This document shows positions 18,560 to 28,814 of a stretch of 40,565 nucleotides of DNA, piece after piece. Source of the DNA: a virus (lineage: Duplodnaviria; Heunggongvirae; Uroviricota; Caudoviricetes); IMG/VR virus record IMGVR_UViG_2687453529_000006. One strand, given 5' to 3'. Below the pieces are notes generated by a model. It ran no database searches and had not been told where the DNA came from. It was given only the letters and a program-made list of their open reading frames with translations. A program made the translations under genes and the position numbers. Position 1 is the first letter of the stretch; the number at the start of each line of letters is the position of its first letter.

Positions 18560-18904
18560 TCAGGCAATTACCTGAAATTCAAGCGTAGCTCTGCTCAGAC
18601 GGGAATCAGGATCATAACCCTGAGTTTTAGAAATAACGGATGGTGCCAGTTCCCTTACCGCATCAAGCGCCTGCTCACGGATATCATCTGCGTCATCAGG
18701 AGCCGTTGCCCAGATATCAATCTGCACTGTGATTCTGGATTCAGCCTGACCATCAAGCACATCAGACGCGATGTCAGACACCACTGAAAACACCAGCCAT
18801 GGTGGAGATACCGCAGGCTTTCCCTCCGTCAGCGGGACCACGTAAGGATAAACCTGCCCTCCGGCCAGTTGGGACAGAAGAGCATACAGCGTGGCTTCTC
18901 TCAT
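18560..18904 (-). CDS. Putative tail completion/terminator protein
   Basis: 114-aa ORF in the position immediately upstream of the major tail gene; assignment is positional only. Confidence 0.5.
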   Translation of the reverse strand: MREATLYALLSQLAGGQVYPYVVPLTEGKPAVSPPWLVFSVVSDIASDVLDGQAESRITVQIDIWATAPDDADDIREQALDAVRELAPSVISKTQGYDPDSRLSRATLEFQVIA

Positions 18905-19350
18905 TTACTCAGCACCCCATCAATAGCCTGATTCATATGCTTCATGGCAACCTGTGCTGCCAGCTCCTCTGTCGTATCAAAGGCCGGGCGAATGAACGGA
19001 TGGGCAGGCATATTGATAGTCCCCAGCTCCACGAAACGCCAGTAAAACGCGTTTCGCGGATCGCTGGCTTTCATGCTGTTATCACTGTTTCCGGTTCGCA
19101 GATTCCGCCCACGAATGTGGACACCAGAGATAATTTCACCACGACGCCGTGAACGCTGAGTCAGAATAACCACGTTTTTCTTCAGTTTTCCGGTTCGCTC
19201 TGGCGCATGGTCAATAACCGCCTCCCGGATAACCTCTGCTCCGGCACGGGAGGCATCGCGAAGCACCTTATTACTCTCTGCTCTGCTGAGAAGTTCCAGA
19301 TCTCTTGCAATATCCGCCAGGCCAGAAAAATCCAGACTAAAATCCGTCAC
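18901..19350 (-). CDS. HK97 gp10-family phage protein
   Basis: ...FYWRFVELGTINMPAHPFIRPAFD... typical of the family; start placed at GTG with GAGAGG RBS overlapping upstream stop. Confidence 0.7.
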   Translation of the reverse strand: MTDFSLDFSGLADIARDLELLSRAESNKVLRDASRAGAEVIREAVIDHAPERTGKLKKNVVILTQRSRRRGEIISGVHIRGRNLRTGNSDNSMKASDPRNAFYWRFVELGTINMPAHPFIRPAFDTTEELAAQVAMKHMNQAIDGVLSK

Positions 19351-19685
19351 ATTCCACCTCTCTGGCTGCAAAGTATTTCAAGCCTGGAGGATCGTGCGTC
19401 CGGGATCGGCGGCCCGTCGATATTCAGAATGGCTCCCTTGAATGCCCCTGTCAGCACTTTCAGACGTGAGGCGGCCGTCACATCGCGCCGAAATCGCATC
19501 CAGACTCTTACTGTTGTCTGCGCGGTTTCCGCACCGCCCGATATACGTTCCCGCCCACTGATCCCCTTAACCTCTGCCCATACCGTAGCCCCCTCTTTCA
19601 GGGTTTCCTCCGGGTGACCGGAAGGGGTACGGGAGGTCGTAATATTCAGAATAACCACGCGATCACGTAATCTTCCTGCCTGCAT
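19347..19685 (-). CDS. Head closure / head-tail adaptor protein
   Basis: 112 aa; ...VWAEVKGISGRERISGGAETAQTTVRVWMRFR... resembles phage head-tail joining family; GGAGG RBS. Confidence 0.75.
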   Translation of the reverse strand: MQAGRLRDRVVILNITTSRTPSGHPEETLKEGATVWAEVKGISGRERISGGAETAQTTVRVWMRFRRDVTAASRLKVLTGAFKGAILNIDGPPIPDARSSRLEILCSQRGGM

Positions 19686-19694
19686 GAAATCCTC

Positions 19695-20000
19695 CTATGT
19701 TCCGGGATGAAACCGATACATTCGGAGTCCGGTATAGAAAAAATCAGGTACAGCATCCTGCATTTCCCTGTTCTCGTACCAGTAGCCAACCAGTTGCATA
19801 AGACGCAGCTTTATCAGCGGTGTTATTACAAGCCCGGTCGTATCCTGATCAGGAACAGTTTCATCGTGAAGTGTCCGGTTTAAAAACTTTTCAGCCTCTT
19901 CTCTGGCTGCTGCCAGATACATCATAAGAAGTGCATTCTCCTGTTCATTGTCATCATCAATCCGGCACTGAACACGAAGCTCTTCCAGAGTAGGCATCAT
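19695..20000 (-). CDS. gp6-like head-tail connector protein
   Basis: 101 aa; MMPTLEELRVQCRIDDD...ALLMMYLAAAREEAE... typical of the family. Confidence 0.75.
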   Translation of the reverse strand: MMPTLEELRVQCRIDDDNEQENALLMMYLAAAREEAEKFLNRTLHDETVPDQDTTGLVITPLIKLRLMQLVGYWYENREMQDAVPDFFYTGLRMYRFHPGT

Positions 20001-20011
20001 TTGGGCTACCT

Positions 20012-20200
20012 CTATGAATGCTGTTTTTTAGCCTTATCAGATACCCGTGCAACAGGTGTTCTCTTATCAGAAACAATCCCTGTTGCAGTGGCAATTTCAC
20101 GTACCCGTTCGGGTAATTCTTTATCTTCATACTCACCAGCACGAATGATCTCAACGCGCATACCGTCCGGTGACCATTTCAGATCTTGTTTCAGGATCAT
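20012..20200 (-). CDS. Hypothetical small protein between capsid and connector genes
   Basis: 62 aa from internal Met with AGGTG RBS; no family recognised. Confidence 0.4.
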   Translation of the reverse strand: MILKQDLKWSPDGMRVEIIRAGEYEDKELPERVREIATATGIVSDKRTPVARVSDKAKKQHS

Positions 20201-20249
20201 GATTCTTTCACCTGTCAGAACAGGGGCGCAATTCAGCGCCCCTGAGTGA

Positions 20250-21455
20250 TTACGCCGCTGCAATCTTCAGCAGTTTGATGGCCTGCGAATCGACCAGCAT
20301 GCCGCCGGTGCGCTTGGTGGTATAAAAACCGACAAACGGTTTATTGGTGTACGGATCACGCAGAATGCGGGTACCGATACGGTCAACGATGGTGTAACCC
20401 CGCTTGAAGTTACCAAATGCAATAGCTTTCGCATCAGCGGCGATATCCGGCATCTGTTCGTTTTCAGCGATACCGTAACCCGCCAGAGAGGACGGTTGCC
20501 CCAGCTCCAGCCCCGGACGCCACAGATAGTTACCCTCGGTGTCTTTCAACAGACGGATGGCAAACAGGCTGTTGTTGTTCATCATGAACTTCGCGCCAGT
20601 GCGGTGTGCCTTACGCAGCGTGTAAATCAGTTTGATAATGGCGTCTGCGGTCACCGTCGTCGCTTCACCGGATACAATATGCTGAAGTTTACCGAACGCA
20701 CGAACCTTATCGGTTTCATCGGTGGATTCATACGCCAGGAACCCTTTTGGCTTCTTGGTGCCATCACCGGTGGTAAAGGCAATTTCTTCCTGTTCGGCAA
20801 ATTCGGTCGCCAGCTCGCTGTTGATCCAGGCCTCCACGTTGAAGAAGGCATCATCCAGCATTTTCTGAGTGGCCTGCGGGTTACCGTAGATTTCCCCCAT
20901 GAAAGGTTCAATCAGTCCCAGTTTTGAGGTGGCAGTCAGGGAGCGCGCGTCAGTCTCGCCCACCCATCCGGAAGCCGTGCCGCCCAGATTCACCAGTTTT
21001 TTGTAGTCGGAACCGCCAACAGTGATCACCGTGGCTTCCTGGCGCATCACCACTTCATCTTTCAGCAGGGTGAGAATGTTGCGATCCAGTGCTTCCGGCA
21101 CGGCATAGCCACCGTCTTCATCGGTGCCCACCTGTAATGCCTTGCGCTCCAGATCGCGCAGACCGTCTTCACGGCCTTTACGCAGAAAGCCCACAAACGC
21201 TTCTTTATGCTCGGTGGCCAGTTTATTTTGCGCACCACCTGCCGGACGTTTCAGCTCAAGCAGCTCTTTTTCAAGGTCGCTTTTGAGATTTTCCAGCTCG
21301 CTGAGTTTTCCGTTCAGGGTTTCCACCTGCCCGGCAAGTTTGCCTTTTTCCTGCTCAATCGCCTCAACGCGCTTGTCGTTCTTTGCTTTGAAGTCGTCAA
21401 ACTTCTGCTGCAGCTCCTGCGCGACCTGTTCGACATCTTTAATATCAACCGCCAT
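20250..21455 (-). CDS. Major capsid protein, HK97 family
   Basis: 401 aa with coiled-coil N-terminal delta domain followed by HK97-fold region. Confidence 0.93.
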   Translation of the reverse strand: MAVDIKDVEQVAQELQQKFDDFKAKNDKRVEAIEQEKGKLAGQVETLNGKLSELENLKSDLEKELLELKRPAGGAQNKLATEHKEAFVGFLRKGREDGLRDLERKALQVGTDEDGGYAVPEALDRNILTLLKDEVVMRQEATVITVGGSDYKKLVNLGGTASGWVGETDARSLTATSKLGLIEPFMGEIYGNPQATQKMLDDAFFNVEAWINSELATEFAEQEEIAFTTGDGTKKPKGFLAYESTDETDKVRAFGKLQHIVSGEATTVTADAIIKLIYTLRKAHRTGAKFMMNNNSLFAIRLLKDTEGNYLWRPGLELGQPSSLAGYGIAENEQMPDIAADAKAIAFGNFKRGYTIVDRIGTRILRDPYTNKPFVGFYTTKRTGGMLVDSQAIKLLKIAAA

Positions 21456-21469
21456 CGTATTTCTCCTGA

Positions 21470-22156
21470 TTAGAAGTTCAGATTTTTCAGTGCATTCAGT
21501 GCAGAGCCCACATCCTCAGCGTCGCGCAGGGACAGTGCGCCATAGCCCCCGGCCATGAATGCTTTGGCCTGGGTACGGGAGAGTCCGACATCACGCAGGA
21601 CTCTTTCGATTTTTTTCTGTTCGGGGATTTCCCCGCGGGCCAGTGCGTTCTTGACGTCGCTGATCCGCGCCTCGTCGTTAGACGGGAATGTCACCAGACT
21701 GACTTCCCAGAGGTCGATTTCTTTCAGCAGAAAGGCTTCTTTCGTCCGGTCGTATTCCCAGTCCTTCAGGACGTACCCAATAGAAAGGCCGGTTAACGAA
21801 CCGGCCTTCATGTGTGCATGTGCGCGTTTTGCCAGGGGATCATCATCAATGAGCAACCGCCCCCTGACGTAAAGCCCGACATCGTCTTCCTTCATTTCGG
21901 TGTAAACACCGATGGGCTCATCCATGCGGTGCTGCCAGAGCAGCGCAGGTAACGCTTTTCTGTCACTCCACGCCCGCAGGGAAGCAGCAAATGCCCCGGA
22001 CATCACCACATCATCGTGGCTGTCCTTTACACCAAAGACGGAGCCATACCCTTCAAACTCACCGGAGTCACTGACAGATTTCAGACTCAGCGGTACATCA
22101 AGACGTTGTTTCGTCTGCATTGGCGTTATCCTTCTGCTTACCGGCTTTACTGCCAT
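21470..22156 (-). CDS. Prohead protease, HK97 family
   Basis: 228 aa between portal and capsid; ...VSLVTFPSNDEARI... ; true start may be Met13. Confidence 0.85.
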   Translation of the reverse strand: MAVKPVSRRITPMQTKQRLDVPLSLKSVSDSGEFEGYGSVFGVKDSHDDVVMSGAFAASLRAWSDRKALPALLWQHRMDEPIGVYTEMKEDDVGLYVRGRLLIDDDPLAKRAHAHMKAGSLTGLSIGYVLKDWEYDRTKEAFLLKEIDLWEVSLVTFPSNDEARISDVKNALARGEIPEQKKIERVLRDVGLSRTQAKAFMAGGYGALSLRDAEDVGSALNALKNLNF

Positions 22157-23339
22157 CGGAGGGTTTCGTGGTCATGTTCATCGGTGTGAGATAGACATCC
22201 CCACCGGGACGCGGATTCATATCTTCCAGGTCGCGGCAGTCATTGGGAGAGTAAATTCCCCAGTTAATCCCGGTGGCGTAGGCTTCAAAACGGGACTTCA
22301 TATCCCCGCGCAGTAACGCCCCGGCGTTAAATTTGGCGTAATAAACGCCCTGCTTACTTTTTCGTACCAGTCCGGTGTTGATCCGCTGTTCGATGCGGGT
22401 CAGATACGGCACCAGTGAATAGTTGATAAATCCGAGCCCCAGTTCTTCGATATTGTTGAAGGTGGCGCGATCGGTGTTCTGTACCATGTGCAACGGTACC
22501 CGGAACAGACGACAGATTTCTTCAAGCTGAAACTTGCGGGTTTCCAGGAACTGGCTGTCCTCGGCGTTCAGCGCCATCGACTTCCAGTCCAGCCCCATCT
22601 CAAGGATCATCGGGCGGTGAGCATTGCCAAGCCCGGTGTGACGCTCCTCAAAATCTTTCTTCAGGCGCTCGTAAGCCTGATCTGACAGCGTCTGCTCTGT
22701 ACGCAACACACCCGACGTCACCGCACCATTGCTGAACAGTCTGGCCCCATGCTCTTCGGTCGCTGCCGCCAGCGATATTGCCTCGCGGGCATAGGCGACG
22801 GGATTCAGCCCCACCAGTCCGTCCAGCGTCAGCGTGCGCACATGCCAGATATCCTCCTGGGTCAGCACATCCGTGGAGCCGTCCGGGAATGTGACCTGGT
22901 AAACCGGCTCCCAGCTACTGTTAAGCTTCGGTACCACACAGCCGGGATCGACGGGCAGCAGTTCAGCCACTTCGCCAAATGCTTTCACTTTGTAGGCGTA
23001 AAAGTTTCCCCTCAGGCACAGACAGGTGACCACCAGCTCCCAGAACTCCTGCGGCGTCATATAGCCATTGGGATGCGTGGAGATCAGCTTATGCAGACGT
23101 TCGCCGGTGGCTCTCTGTTTCAGGCTGCCGTTCAGGTGATACAGATTGCAGGGCAACATCCCGACCGACTCTGCCAGCACCCTGACGCAGGAAAAAACCG
23201 CCGTCAGTCGCATGGCCCGCTGGCTGCTGATCTGCTTTCCGGTATAGGTGTCATATGACAGCCCGATAGCCTCCGCCAGCTCTGCTGGCGTGGTCACCGG
23301 TGCGTCACTTTTTCGTTGAAATAATCCCGAAAAGAACAC
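22098..23339 (-). CDS. Portal protein, HK97 family
   Basis: 413 aa downstream of terminase; portal-family pattern. Confidence 0.9.
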   Translation of the reverse strand: MFFSGLFQRKSDAPVTTPAELAEAIGLSYDTYTGKQISSQRAMRLTAVFSCVRVLAESVGMLPCNLYHLNGSLKQRATGERLHKLISTHPNGYMTPQEFWELVVTCLCLRGNFYAYKVKAFGEVAELLPVDPGCVVPKLNSSWEPVYQVTFPDGSTDVLTQEDIWHVRTLTLDGLVGLNPVAYAREAISLAAATEEHGARLFSNGAVTSGVLRTEQTLSDQAYERLKKDFEERHTGLGNAHRPMILEMGLDWKSMALNAEDSQFLETRKFQLEEICRLFRVPLHMVQNTDRATFNNIEELGLGFINYSLVPYLTRIEQRINTGLVRKSKQGVYYAKFNAGALLRGDMKSRFEAYATGINWGIYSPNDCRDLEDMNPRPGGDVYLTPMNMTTKPSDGSKAGKQKDNANADETTS

Positions 23340-23521
23340 TATTTACCTCCGCCGACAGATGGCTGTGTACGGTCGAGATATCGCGCCACCAGCCACGACC
23401 AGAACAGGCACAGCGCCCCGGCAACAACAAACCCCGCCGGGGGATAAATCAGCCAGGCACCATATGCCAGCAAAAGCGCACCCAGCACGCCTACCAGAGG
23501 CGCGAGAATCAGCATGATCAT
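23339..23521 (-). CDS. Possible small membrane protein between terminase and portal
   Basis: 60-aa ORF with two hydrophobic segments; may be spurious. Confidence 0.35.
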   Translation of the reverse strand: MIMLILAPLVGVLGALLLAYGAWLIYPPAGFVVAGALCLFWSWLVARYLDRTQPSVGGGK

Positions 23522-23532
23522 AATTACCTCAG

Positions 23533-25266
23533 TTAAAGCGAGCGGATCCCATAGGACTCAATGTGGTCAGACAGCGTGTCTTCTTTCTCGTACAACATGG
23601 CTCTGCCAACCGCCATAATCAGCGCAACTGCACCATCGATTTTGTTTTCCGCCTGCTCTTTGACGGGCTTCACCACATCATCGTTACCCGGGATGGTTTT
23701 GCCGACCACGTTGCCGATACACCAGGTCATGATGGGATTGCCATCATGATGAAAGCGCCCCGATTCAATCGCCGCTTCCAGCTCTTTCATCGGATCGGAC
23801 ATGTTGGTGTAGTTCTGAATGATGGTGATGGGGTTCAGGTCTTCATCAGCAAGGTCATGTGACAGCCCGGTCGCCCCGAAGGGGTCGATGGGTGACTCGC
23901 TGACCGGGCTGATTTTGTTCGCCGCTTTGGCCTCTTCGAGGATGTAGCGATAATCCACCTCTGCACCATCGGTAACTGTCAGGACGCCCATTTCCACCCA
24001 TTTCTGAAAGCGTTCGGCTGTCCGGCGATCTTCATTTTTCTCGACGCTGTACACCGTGTCATACGGTACCCAGAAACGAGGGGCCACACTGTAGTAATGC
24101 GTTTTACCGTCAATCTCGCGGGTATAAAGTCGCGCCATGCTGTTCATATCCAGTTTACGCGCCAGGTCAAAGGCCAGAATGCACGGCTGCCCCTCGAATT
24201 GCTCAAGAGTCAGTGATTTATCCTCACAGCTCTGCCAGCTCACCAGGTTGAAATACGCCGAACGCGCCGACACCCAGATATTGAGGTGTTTTGTTTTAAA
24301 GACGTTTGCCAGACGGGCGTTATTTTTCGCACGCTGCTGCTGACTTAACAAAAATTCGCGATAAACCGACACGCCAATATTTGGATTGGCTTTTTCCAGC
24401 ACCTGCGGGTCGGTCCAGTCGTCACCTTCATCAACGGTATAGATGATCCCGAACAGTTCATCGTTGGGCACCGAGCCGTTGAGCATCTCGATGACTTCCC
24501 GCCGCTTGTCGTAGCACGGCCCCTCAATGTTGTACCCGGCAGTGGTGATGGCCCACATCAGTGGCTGACGTCGCGCCCCCATCCCGGTAAGCATCGTGGT
24601 GTAAAGCGCATCGGTGGCGTGCTCGTGATATTCATCCACCACCGCACAGTGGGGTGATGAACCATCACCGGGGTTACCGATCAGCGGTTCAAACCGCGCG
24701 CCATCCTCCGGACGGTTCATGTTTGAGGCGTTAACCTCAATCCCGAACGCTTCCGTCAGCATTGGTGTGCGTTTACACATCAGTCGCGCCGGACGAAAGA
24801 CTTCCCACGCCTGTTTCTCTGTCGTGGCACCGGAATACACTTCCGCGCCAAACTCGTTATCACAGGCAAAACAATACAGGGCAACACCGGCAGAGATTGC
24901 CGATTTACCGTTCTTACGGGGAATTTCGGTATACACCTCCCGGAAGCGGCGCAACCGGGTGCCTTTATTGACCCAGCCAAACGCACAGCAGATCACAAAT
25001 AGCTGCCACGGCTCCAGCGTGATGGGCATCCGTTTAAATGCCCACTCACCCTTGGTGTGCGGCAACAGCTGAATAAATTTGGCGGCCCGTTCAGCCAGGT
25101 CCTTGTCGAAGCGGTAACGAAACGACTTACTTTTTTCCGCCATCAGGTCATCAAGATGGCGCTGGCAGGCCTGAATCACAAACTGGCAGGCAACAATCTT
25201 TCCGCGCACGACATCCCGGGCATACTGATTTGCAGCATTTACGTTGGGGTAAGATTTCCGGCTCAT
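23533..25266 (-). CDS. Terminase large subunit
   Basis: 577 aa; ATPase region (…[16 protein letters not shown]...; ...[10 protein letters not shown]...) and nuclease-like C-terminus. Confidence 0.95.
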   Translation of the reverse strand: MSRKSYPNVNAANQYARDVVRGKIVACQFVIQACQRHLDDLMAEKSKSFRYRFDKDLAERAAKFIQLLPHTKGEWAFKRMPITLEPWQLFVICCAFGWVNKGTRLRRFREVYTEIPRKNGKSAISAGVALYCFACDNEFGAEVYSGATTEKQAWEVFRPARLMCKRTPMLTEAFGIEVNASNMNRPEDGARFEPLIGNPGDGSSPHCAVVDEYHEHATDALYTTMLTGMGARRQPLMWAITTAGYNIEGPCYDKRREVIEMLNGSVPNDELFGIIYTVDEGDDWTDPQVLEKANPNIGVSVYREFLLSQQQRAKNNARLANVFKTKHLNIWVSARSAYFNLVSWQSCEDKSLTLEQFEGQPCILAFDLARKLDMNSMARLYTREIDGKTHYYSVAPRFWVPYDTVYSVEKNEDRRTAERFQKWVEMGVLTVTDGAEVDYRYILEEAKAANKISPVSESPIDPFGATGLSHDLADEDLNPITIIQNYTNMSDPMKELEAAIESGRFHHDGNPIMTWCIGNVVGKTIPGNDDVVKPVKEQAENKIDGAVALIMAVGRAMLYEKEDTLSDHIESYGIRSL

Positions 25267-25766
25267 GATTCGATAATTTTCAGAAACGGGTTAGTGGCTT
25301 TCTTCTGCCCCGCCAGGCCAATCAGACGCTGGCGGCTGCTGGGGTCGAGTCCGAGCATTGCCCCCGTACTGCTCATCTCGGACTCCTGTTCTTTTTTGGC
25401 GGTCAGCTCCGGATTTTTGACCATGCCGCCCATTGCACCGGTGATGGTGTTGCCCTGTCTGGCAATATTTTTCACGGCACGTCGCCAGAACTCATAGGCT
25501 ACGCACCACCGCTCAAGCACTGCGAGGTCAGTCACGCACAGCAGGCCCTGACCGCAGAGTTCTTTGGTTGTCAGTTGCCACATGATCGTGGCGAGAGGGA
25601 GCTCTTCTTCAGCGAACCACTCCGGTGGCTCAACACCTTTGATGGGCGTAAAAACGGGTTCATCTTTGTTCAGGGCTCGCTTGCCGGGGTTTCCGGCCAG
25701 CGCCTTGCGCGCCGTTGGCTTGGGGCGACGCCCGGAACGCCCCGCCGTTCCAGCCATATGCGGCAC
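25263..25766 (-). CDS. Terminase small subunit (P27 family)
   Basis: 167 aa; basic N-terminus [17 protein letters not shown]... typical of P27-family small subunits. Confidence 0.85.
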   Translation of the reverse strand: MPHMAGTAGRSGRRPKPTARKALAGNPGKRALNKDEPVFTPIKGVEPPEWFAEEELPLATIMWQLTTKELCGQGLLCVTDLAVLERWCVAYEFWRRAVKNIARQGNTITGAMGGMVKNPELTAKKEQESEMSSTGAMLGLDPSSRQRLIGLAGQKKATNPFLKIIES

Positions 25767-25794
25767 TCCTGGTTAAATTTCATTTTTCGCGGGT

Positions 25795-25860
25795 ATAAAA
25801 AAACGATGGGGCGGGCAGTCCGGAAGACGTCAGGTCACAGAGATTTGACCCGCCCCTCCC
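25795..25860. other. Candidate packaging (cos) region between HNH and terminase small subunit
   Basis: Inverted repeat ggggcggg ... cccgcccc in the intergenic region, in the position cos sites occupy in HNH/terminase phages. Confidence 0.25.
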
Positions 25861-25883
25861 CCGCAGATAGTTGAGAGTTATTA

Positions 25884-26234
25884 TCACTTCAGTCGTTCAC
25901 GGGCCGTCTTCGCCTTATGACACGGCCAGCACAGGCTCTGCAGATTGCAGTCTGCATCAGTGCCGCCATGCGCTTTAGGGATGATGTGGTCAACGGTTTT
26001 CGCCTCACGCACCACACCGACACGCAGGCACAACTGACACAGGCCTTTGTCACGCTTCAGCACGCGCGCGCGGATAACATCCCACTTCGAACCGTAGCCG
26101 CGCTGGTGACGGGATTGTCCTGGCTTGTATTGTTTCCAGCCTTCGCTTTTGTGGCTTTCGCAGTAGCCTGACGGGTCAGTGGTGGTTTGGCGGCAGCCGC
26201 GAACGCGGCAGGCTTTTGGGGTTCGTGGTGGCAT
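25884..26234 (-). CDS. HNH endonuclease (terminase-associated)
   Basis: 116 aa from Met24; Cys-rich N-terminus and ...DHIIPKAHGGTDADCNLQSLCWPCH... HNH motif. Confidence 0.85.
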   Translation of the reverse strand: MPPRTPKACRVRGCRQTTTDPSGYCESHKSEGWKQYKPGQSRHQRGYGSKWDVIRARVLKRDKGLCQLCLRVGVVREAKTVDHIIPKAHGGTDADCNLQSLCWPCHKAKTARERLK

Positions 26235-26299
26235 GCTGGCTCCAATAAAAAGCCCCGCGACGCGAGGCTTAGACAGAAAAAACACCGGATAAGATCTGG

Positions 26300-26503
26300 T
26301 CATTCTTCCTTTTTAATAATGACTTCTCGAGGGCGCAATTGTTGGATAGCACGACAAATACAATATGGAATAACTGCCCATGCTACTCCCATTGCTGCAC
26401 CTGCAGCCTGTTGTGGAGCACTCTGAGCACCGAAAACCCCGAGGATTCCTTCAATAAATCCAATAGCACTACACAAAAGACTGATGACCCAGAGAATTTT
26501 CAT
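26300..26503 (-). CDS. Small membrane protein
   Basis: 67 aa, two hydrophobic helices, AAGGAG RBS; AT-rich upstream region. Confidence 0.5.
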   Translation of the reverse strand: MKILWVISLLCSAIGFIEGILGVFGAQSAPQQAAGAAMGVAWAVIPYCICRAIQQLRPREVIIKKEE

Positions 26504-26620
26504 AAACCCAAACTCCTTTTAAATAAACACTTTACTAGGATAATTCTCATAAAATGTTAGTAAAGTATTTTCAGGAAAATAGCGTATCACTGCCTATTTT
26601 TGACACTGATGCTGGGATAA

Positions 26621-26995
26621 TTATTCCGGTCGCTGGAGTTGCTCATGATGATACAGAGCGAGAATCAGGTCATAAGACCCTTGCCTGTCTTTGTAACCAG
26701 TTTTATCAACCAATTCAGCTTTACTGATTCCGGGTAAATCAAGAATCAGATTCGCAACTTCAATTGCCCTTTGGTACAACTTACCGCCCTTTTTCTCCCC
26801 ATGCAGTGGTTTTACATTCTTGAGGTAACCGCTATCCGCCAGGGCGAGAAATGTTGCCCTTGGGCATATCTTCTTTCTTGACGATTCGCTTTCTGTAACC
26901 TCTGCGACAGCTGCATCCCATGCATCACGAGGAGGCATTGAGCTATCAGCAACCAAATGATAAGCGATTAAAGCGGCGCGCGCGTATTGAGACAT
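26621..26995 (-). CDS. Hypothetical protein downstream of Rz
   Basis: 124-141 aa ORF; no family recognised. Confidence 0.5.
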   Translation of the reverse strand: MSQYARAALIAYHLVADSSMPPRDAWDAAVAEVTESESSRKKICPRATFLALADSGYLKNVKPLHGEKKGGKLYQRAIEVANLILDLPGISKAELVDKTGYKDRQGSYDLILALYHHEQLQRPE

Positions 26996-27033
26996 AATGC
27001 ATCCATATACAAAAATCTCATGATAAGACTTTT

Positions 27034-27477
27034 CTAATATGAACACTGTGATCTCACATACTCTTGCAGGCCATGCAATTGGTTAGTTATGGTTTCGATG
27101 CGCTCTCTGAGAACGAAATAATCCCGTTGAGCGGTGTCAGTAAGTCTGGGGCTGGAAGCATCATCCACGCCGGAGGCGGCGGTGGTTTTATGCATGTCCG
27201 GACAGACTGCTTTGACGTGCAGCCACTTACGACCAGCAGAAACATCAGCACGAAGACTTTCGATAGTCGCGTTAGCATCAGCAAGCTCCTTTGTATATCT
27301 GGCATCGAGTTCAGCTACATTACTTTGACGTTTCTGCATGTCAGCGATAATGGATGCGGCCTTATCGCGCTGCTTTTTGTAGGTGATGGCGTTATCACGG
27401 TAATGATTAACCGCCCATGACAGGCAGACGATGATGCAGATAACCAGAACGGAGATAATCGCGGTGACTCTGCTCAT
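27034..27477 (-). CDS. Rz: i-spanin Rz
   Basis: 147 aa, N-terminal TM helix and coiled-coil; follows endolysin. Confidence 0.85.
   Translation of the reverse strand: MSRVTAIISVLVICIIVCLSWAVNHYRDNAITYKKQRDKAASIIADMQKRQSNVAELDARYTKELADANATIESLRADVSAGRKWLHVKAVCPDMHKTTAASGVDDASSPRLTDTAQRDYFVLRERIETITNQLHGLQEYVRSQCSY
27087..27278 (-). CDS. Rz1: o-spanin Rz1 (lipoprotein embedded in +1 frame of Rz)
   Basis: Signal peptide with lipobox ...LLVVSGC followed by proline-rich KPPPPPAW as in lambda Rz1; start codon uncertain. Confidence 0.7.
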   Translation of the reverse strand: MLTRLSKVFVLMFLLVVSGCTSKQSVRTCIKPPPPPAWMMLPAPDLLTPLNGIISFSESASKP

Positions 27478-27950
27478 ACCTCAATCTCTCTGACCGTTCC
27501 GCCCGCTTCTTTGAATTTTGCAATCAGGCTGTCAGTCTTATGCTCGAACTGACCATAACCAGCGCCAGGCAATGAGGCCCAGATATTGCTGCAACGGTCG
27601 ATTGCCTGACGGATGTCACCGCGATCAATCATTAGTAAAGCGCCACGCTCCTTAATCTGCTGCAATGCAACAGCATCCTGGCTTTTAGGAGAGAAGTCTG
27701 TCAGCCCTAACTGCTTGCGGTAAGCATCCCACCAGCGTGAAAGAAGTTGATAACGGCCTGCGGCTGTTGATTTGAGTTTCGGGTTTAGCGTGACAAGTTT
27801 TCGAGGGTGATCGGAGTAATCAGTGAAGAGTTCGCCACCGACAATAACGTCATAACCGTGGTTACGTGTCGGTTGTCGCCCGTTATCCGTTCCTTCTGAC
27901 CAGGCCACCATATCAAGGAAAGCTTTACGCTGGGGATTTAGTACCTGCAT
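27474..27950 (-). CDS. R: Endolysin (lambda R-type lytic transglycosylase)
   Basis: 158 aa; ...[48 protein letters not shown]... matches lambda R. Confidence 0.95.
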   Translation of the reverse strand: MQVLNPQRKAFLDMVAWSEGTDNGRQPTRNHGYDVIVGGELFTDYSDHPRKLVTLNPKLKSTAAGRYQLLSRWWDAYRKQLGLTDFSPKSQDAVALQQIKERGALLMIDRGDIRQAIDRCSNIWASLPGAGYGQFEHKTDSLIAKFKEAGGTVREIEV

Positions 27951-27953
27951 AAA

Positions 27954-28289
27954 TTACTCCTTCGAGCTACCAAATTTGTTACCGATTACTCGCATTGCAG
28001 CCCCACGAATAGCATCGACACCGATCAGCCCAACGCCGCCACCAATGGCAACAGAAAGCGATTTGGGCCATCCGACATACTCAAGAGCGGATGCAAAAGT
28101 CAGCGTCAGAGCACCACAGAGCAAAATCTCGAGCGTTTTTCGCTTCCAGCCACCACCACCGCCAAAATAGGCAATGCGCAAGCCAGCCATAACGATCGAC
28201 ATAATCACTGCGCCCAGCGGTGTGTCTCCACGCCACCAGCTCTGTAACAGTTCAAGTAAATCAGGCCAGGAATGAGGATCGTTGTGCAT
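27954..28289 (-). CDS. S: Holin (lambda S-like)
   Basis: 111 aa from Met30 with GGAGGTG RBS; three hydrophobic segments and charged C-terminus; track ORF extends upstream to 28376. Confidence 0.75.
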   Translation of the reverse strand: MHNDPHSWPDLLELLQSWWRGDTPLGAVIMSIVMAGLRIAYFGGGGGWKRKTLEILLCGALTLTFASALEYVGWPKSLSVAIGGGVGLIGVDAIRGAAMRVIGNKFGSSKE

Positions 28290-28376
28290 TTCATAATTCC
28301 CACCTCCGATTACCGGAAGTGCCACAAGTAAAAGGGAAAGAAGCTGGTTATAACGCTGATTTGCAGAAGTGCGCAT

Positions 28377-28400
28377 AAAAAAGGCCGCCCGTAGGCGGCC
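28377..28400 (-). terminator. Intrinsic terminator upstream of the lysis cassette (tR'-like)
   Basis: Minus strand ggccgcc-tacg-ggcggcc followed by TTTTTT. Confidence 0.6.
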
Positions 28401-28418
28401 TCAAAAATCTTATTTTCA

Positions 28419-28622
28419 TCATCGCGAAGGATGGAGGGTTTTATGACGAGGTTTAATGTAAACCTCATAGGAATGAGACAGCTTGTCTACTTCTCTAATT
28501 GGTAATTCCCAACCAGTATTCAGCAGAATACTTTTCTGAGTAGCAGACACTAATACTGAGCCAATCTCAATATTATTTGCAATTGCCACGACCTTCTTGG
28601 TCGTGTGTTTACTATTTTGCAT
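28419..28622 (-). CDS. Small hypothetical protein between Q and the lysis cassette (moron candidate)
   Basis: 67 aa, AT-rich, AAGGAG RBS 7 nt upstream of ATG; flanked by hairpins. Confidence 0.5.
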   Translation of the reverse strand: MQNSKHTTKKVVAIANNIEIGSVLVSATQKSILLNTGWELPIREVDKLSHSYEVYIKPRHKTLHPSR

Positions 28623-28697
28623 GGTGATCTCCTTTCAACCAGTATCACAAATGTGATGAAGATCACAATATCAGCTGTTCAAAAAACATGCAACATA

Positions 28698-28716
28698 AAA
28701 CCCGCCTGAGCGGGTT
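28698..28716 (-). terminator. Hairpin downstream of Q (terminator or qut-associated structure)
   Basis: acccgc-ctga-gcgggt with TTTTATGTT on the minus strand. Confidence 0.3.
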
Positions 28717-28814
28717 TATAAAAGTTAGACATTCAATGCCCATCTTTATGTTAAGGCTAACCATATTTTTTGAAAATTGCAAGCATTGTGCGGAGAAAAT
28801 CATTAAAAATGTAG

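Noticed and set aside
20496-21558. Plus-strand ORFs of 143, 144, 88 and 65 aa
   Set aside because: Antisense to the major capsid gene.
22488-23258. Plus-strand ORFs of 65 and 169 aa
   Set aside because: Antisense to the portal gene.
28289-28376. 29-codon N-terminal extension of the holin ORF as a possible antiholin dual start
   Set aside because: The extension starts immediately after a terminator U-run and lacks an RBS, whereas the internal ATG has GGAGGTG; lambda-type dual starts are only a few codons apart.
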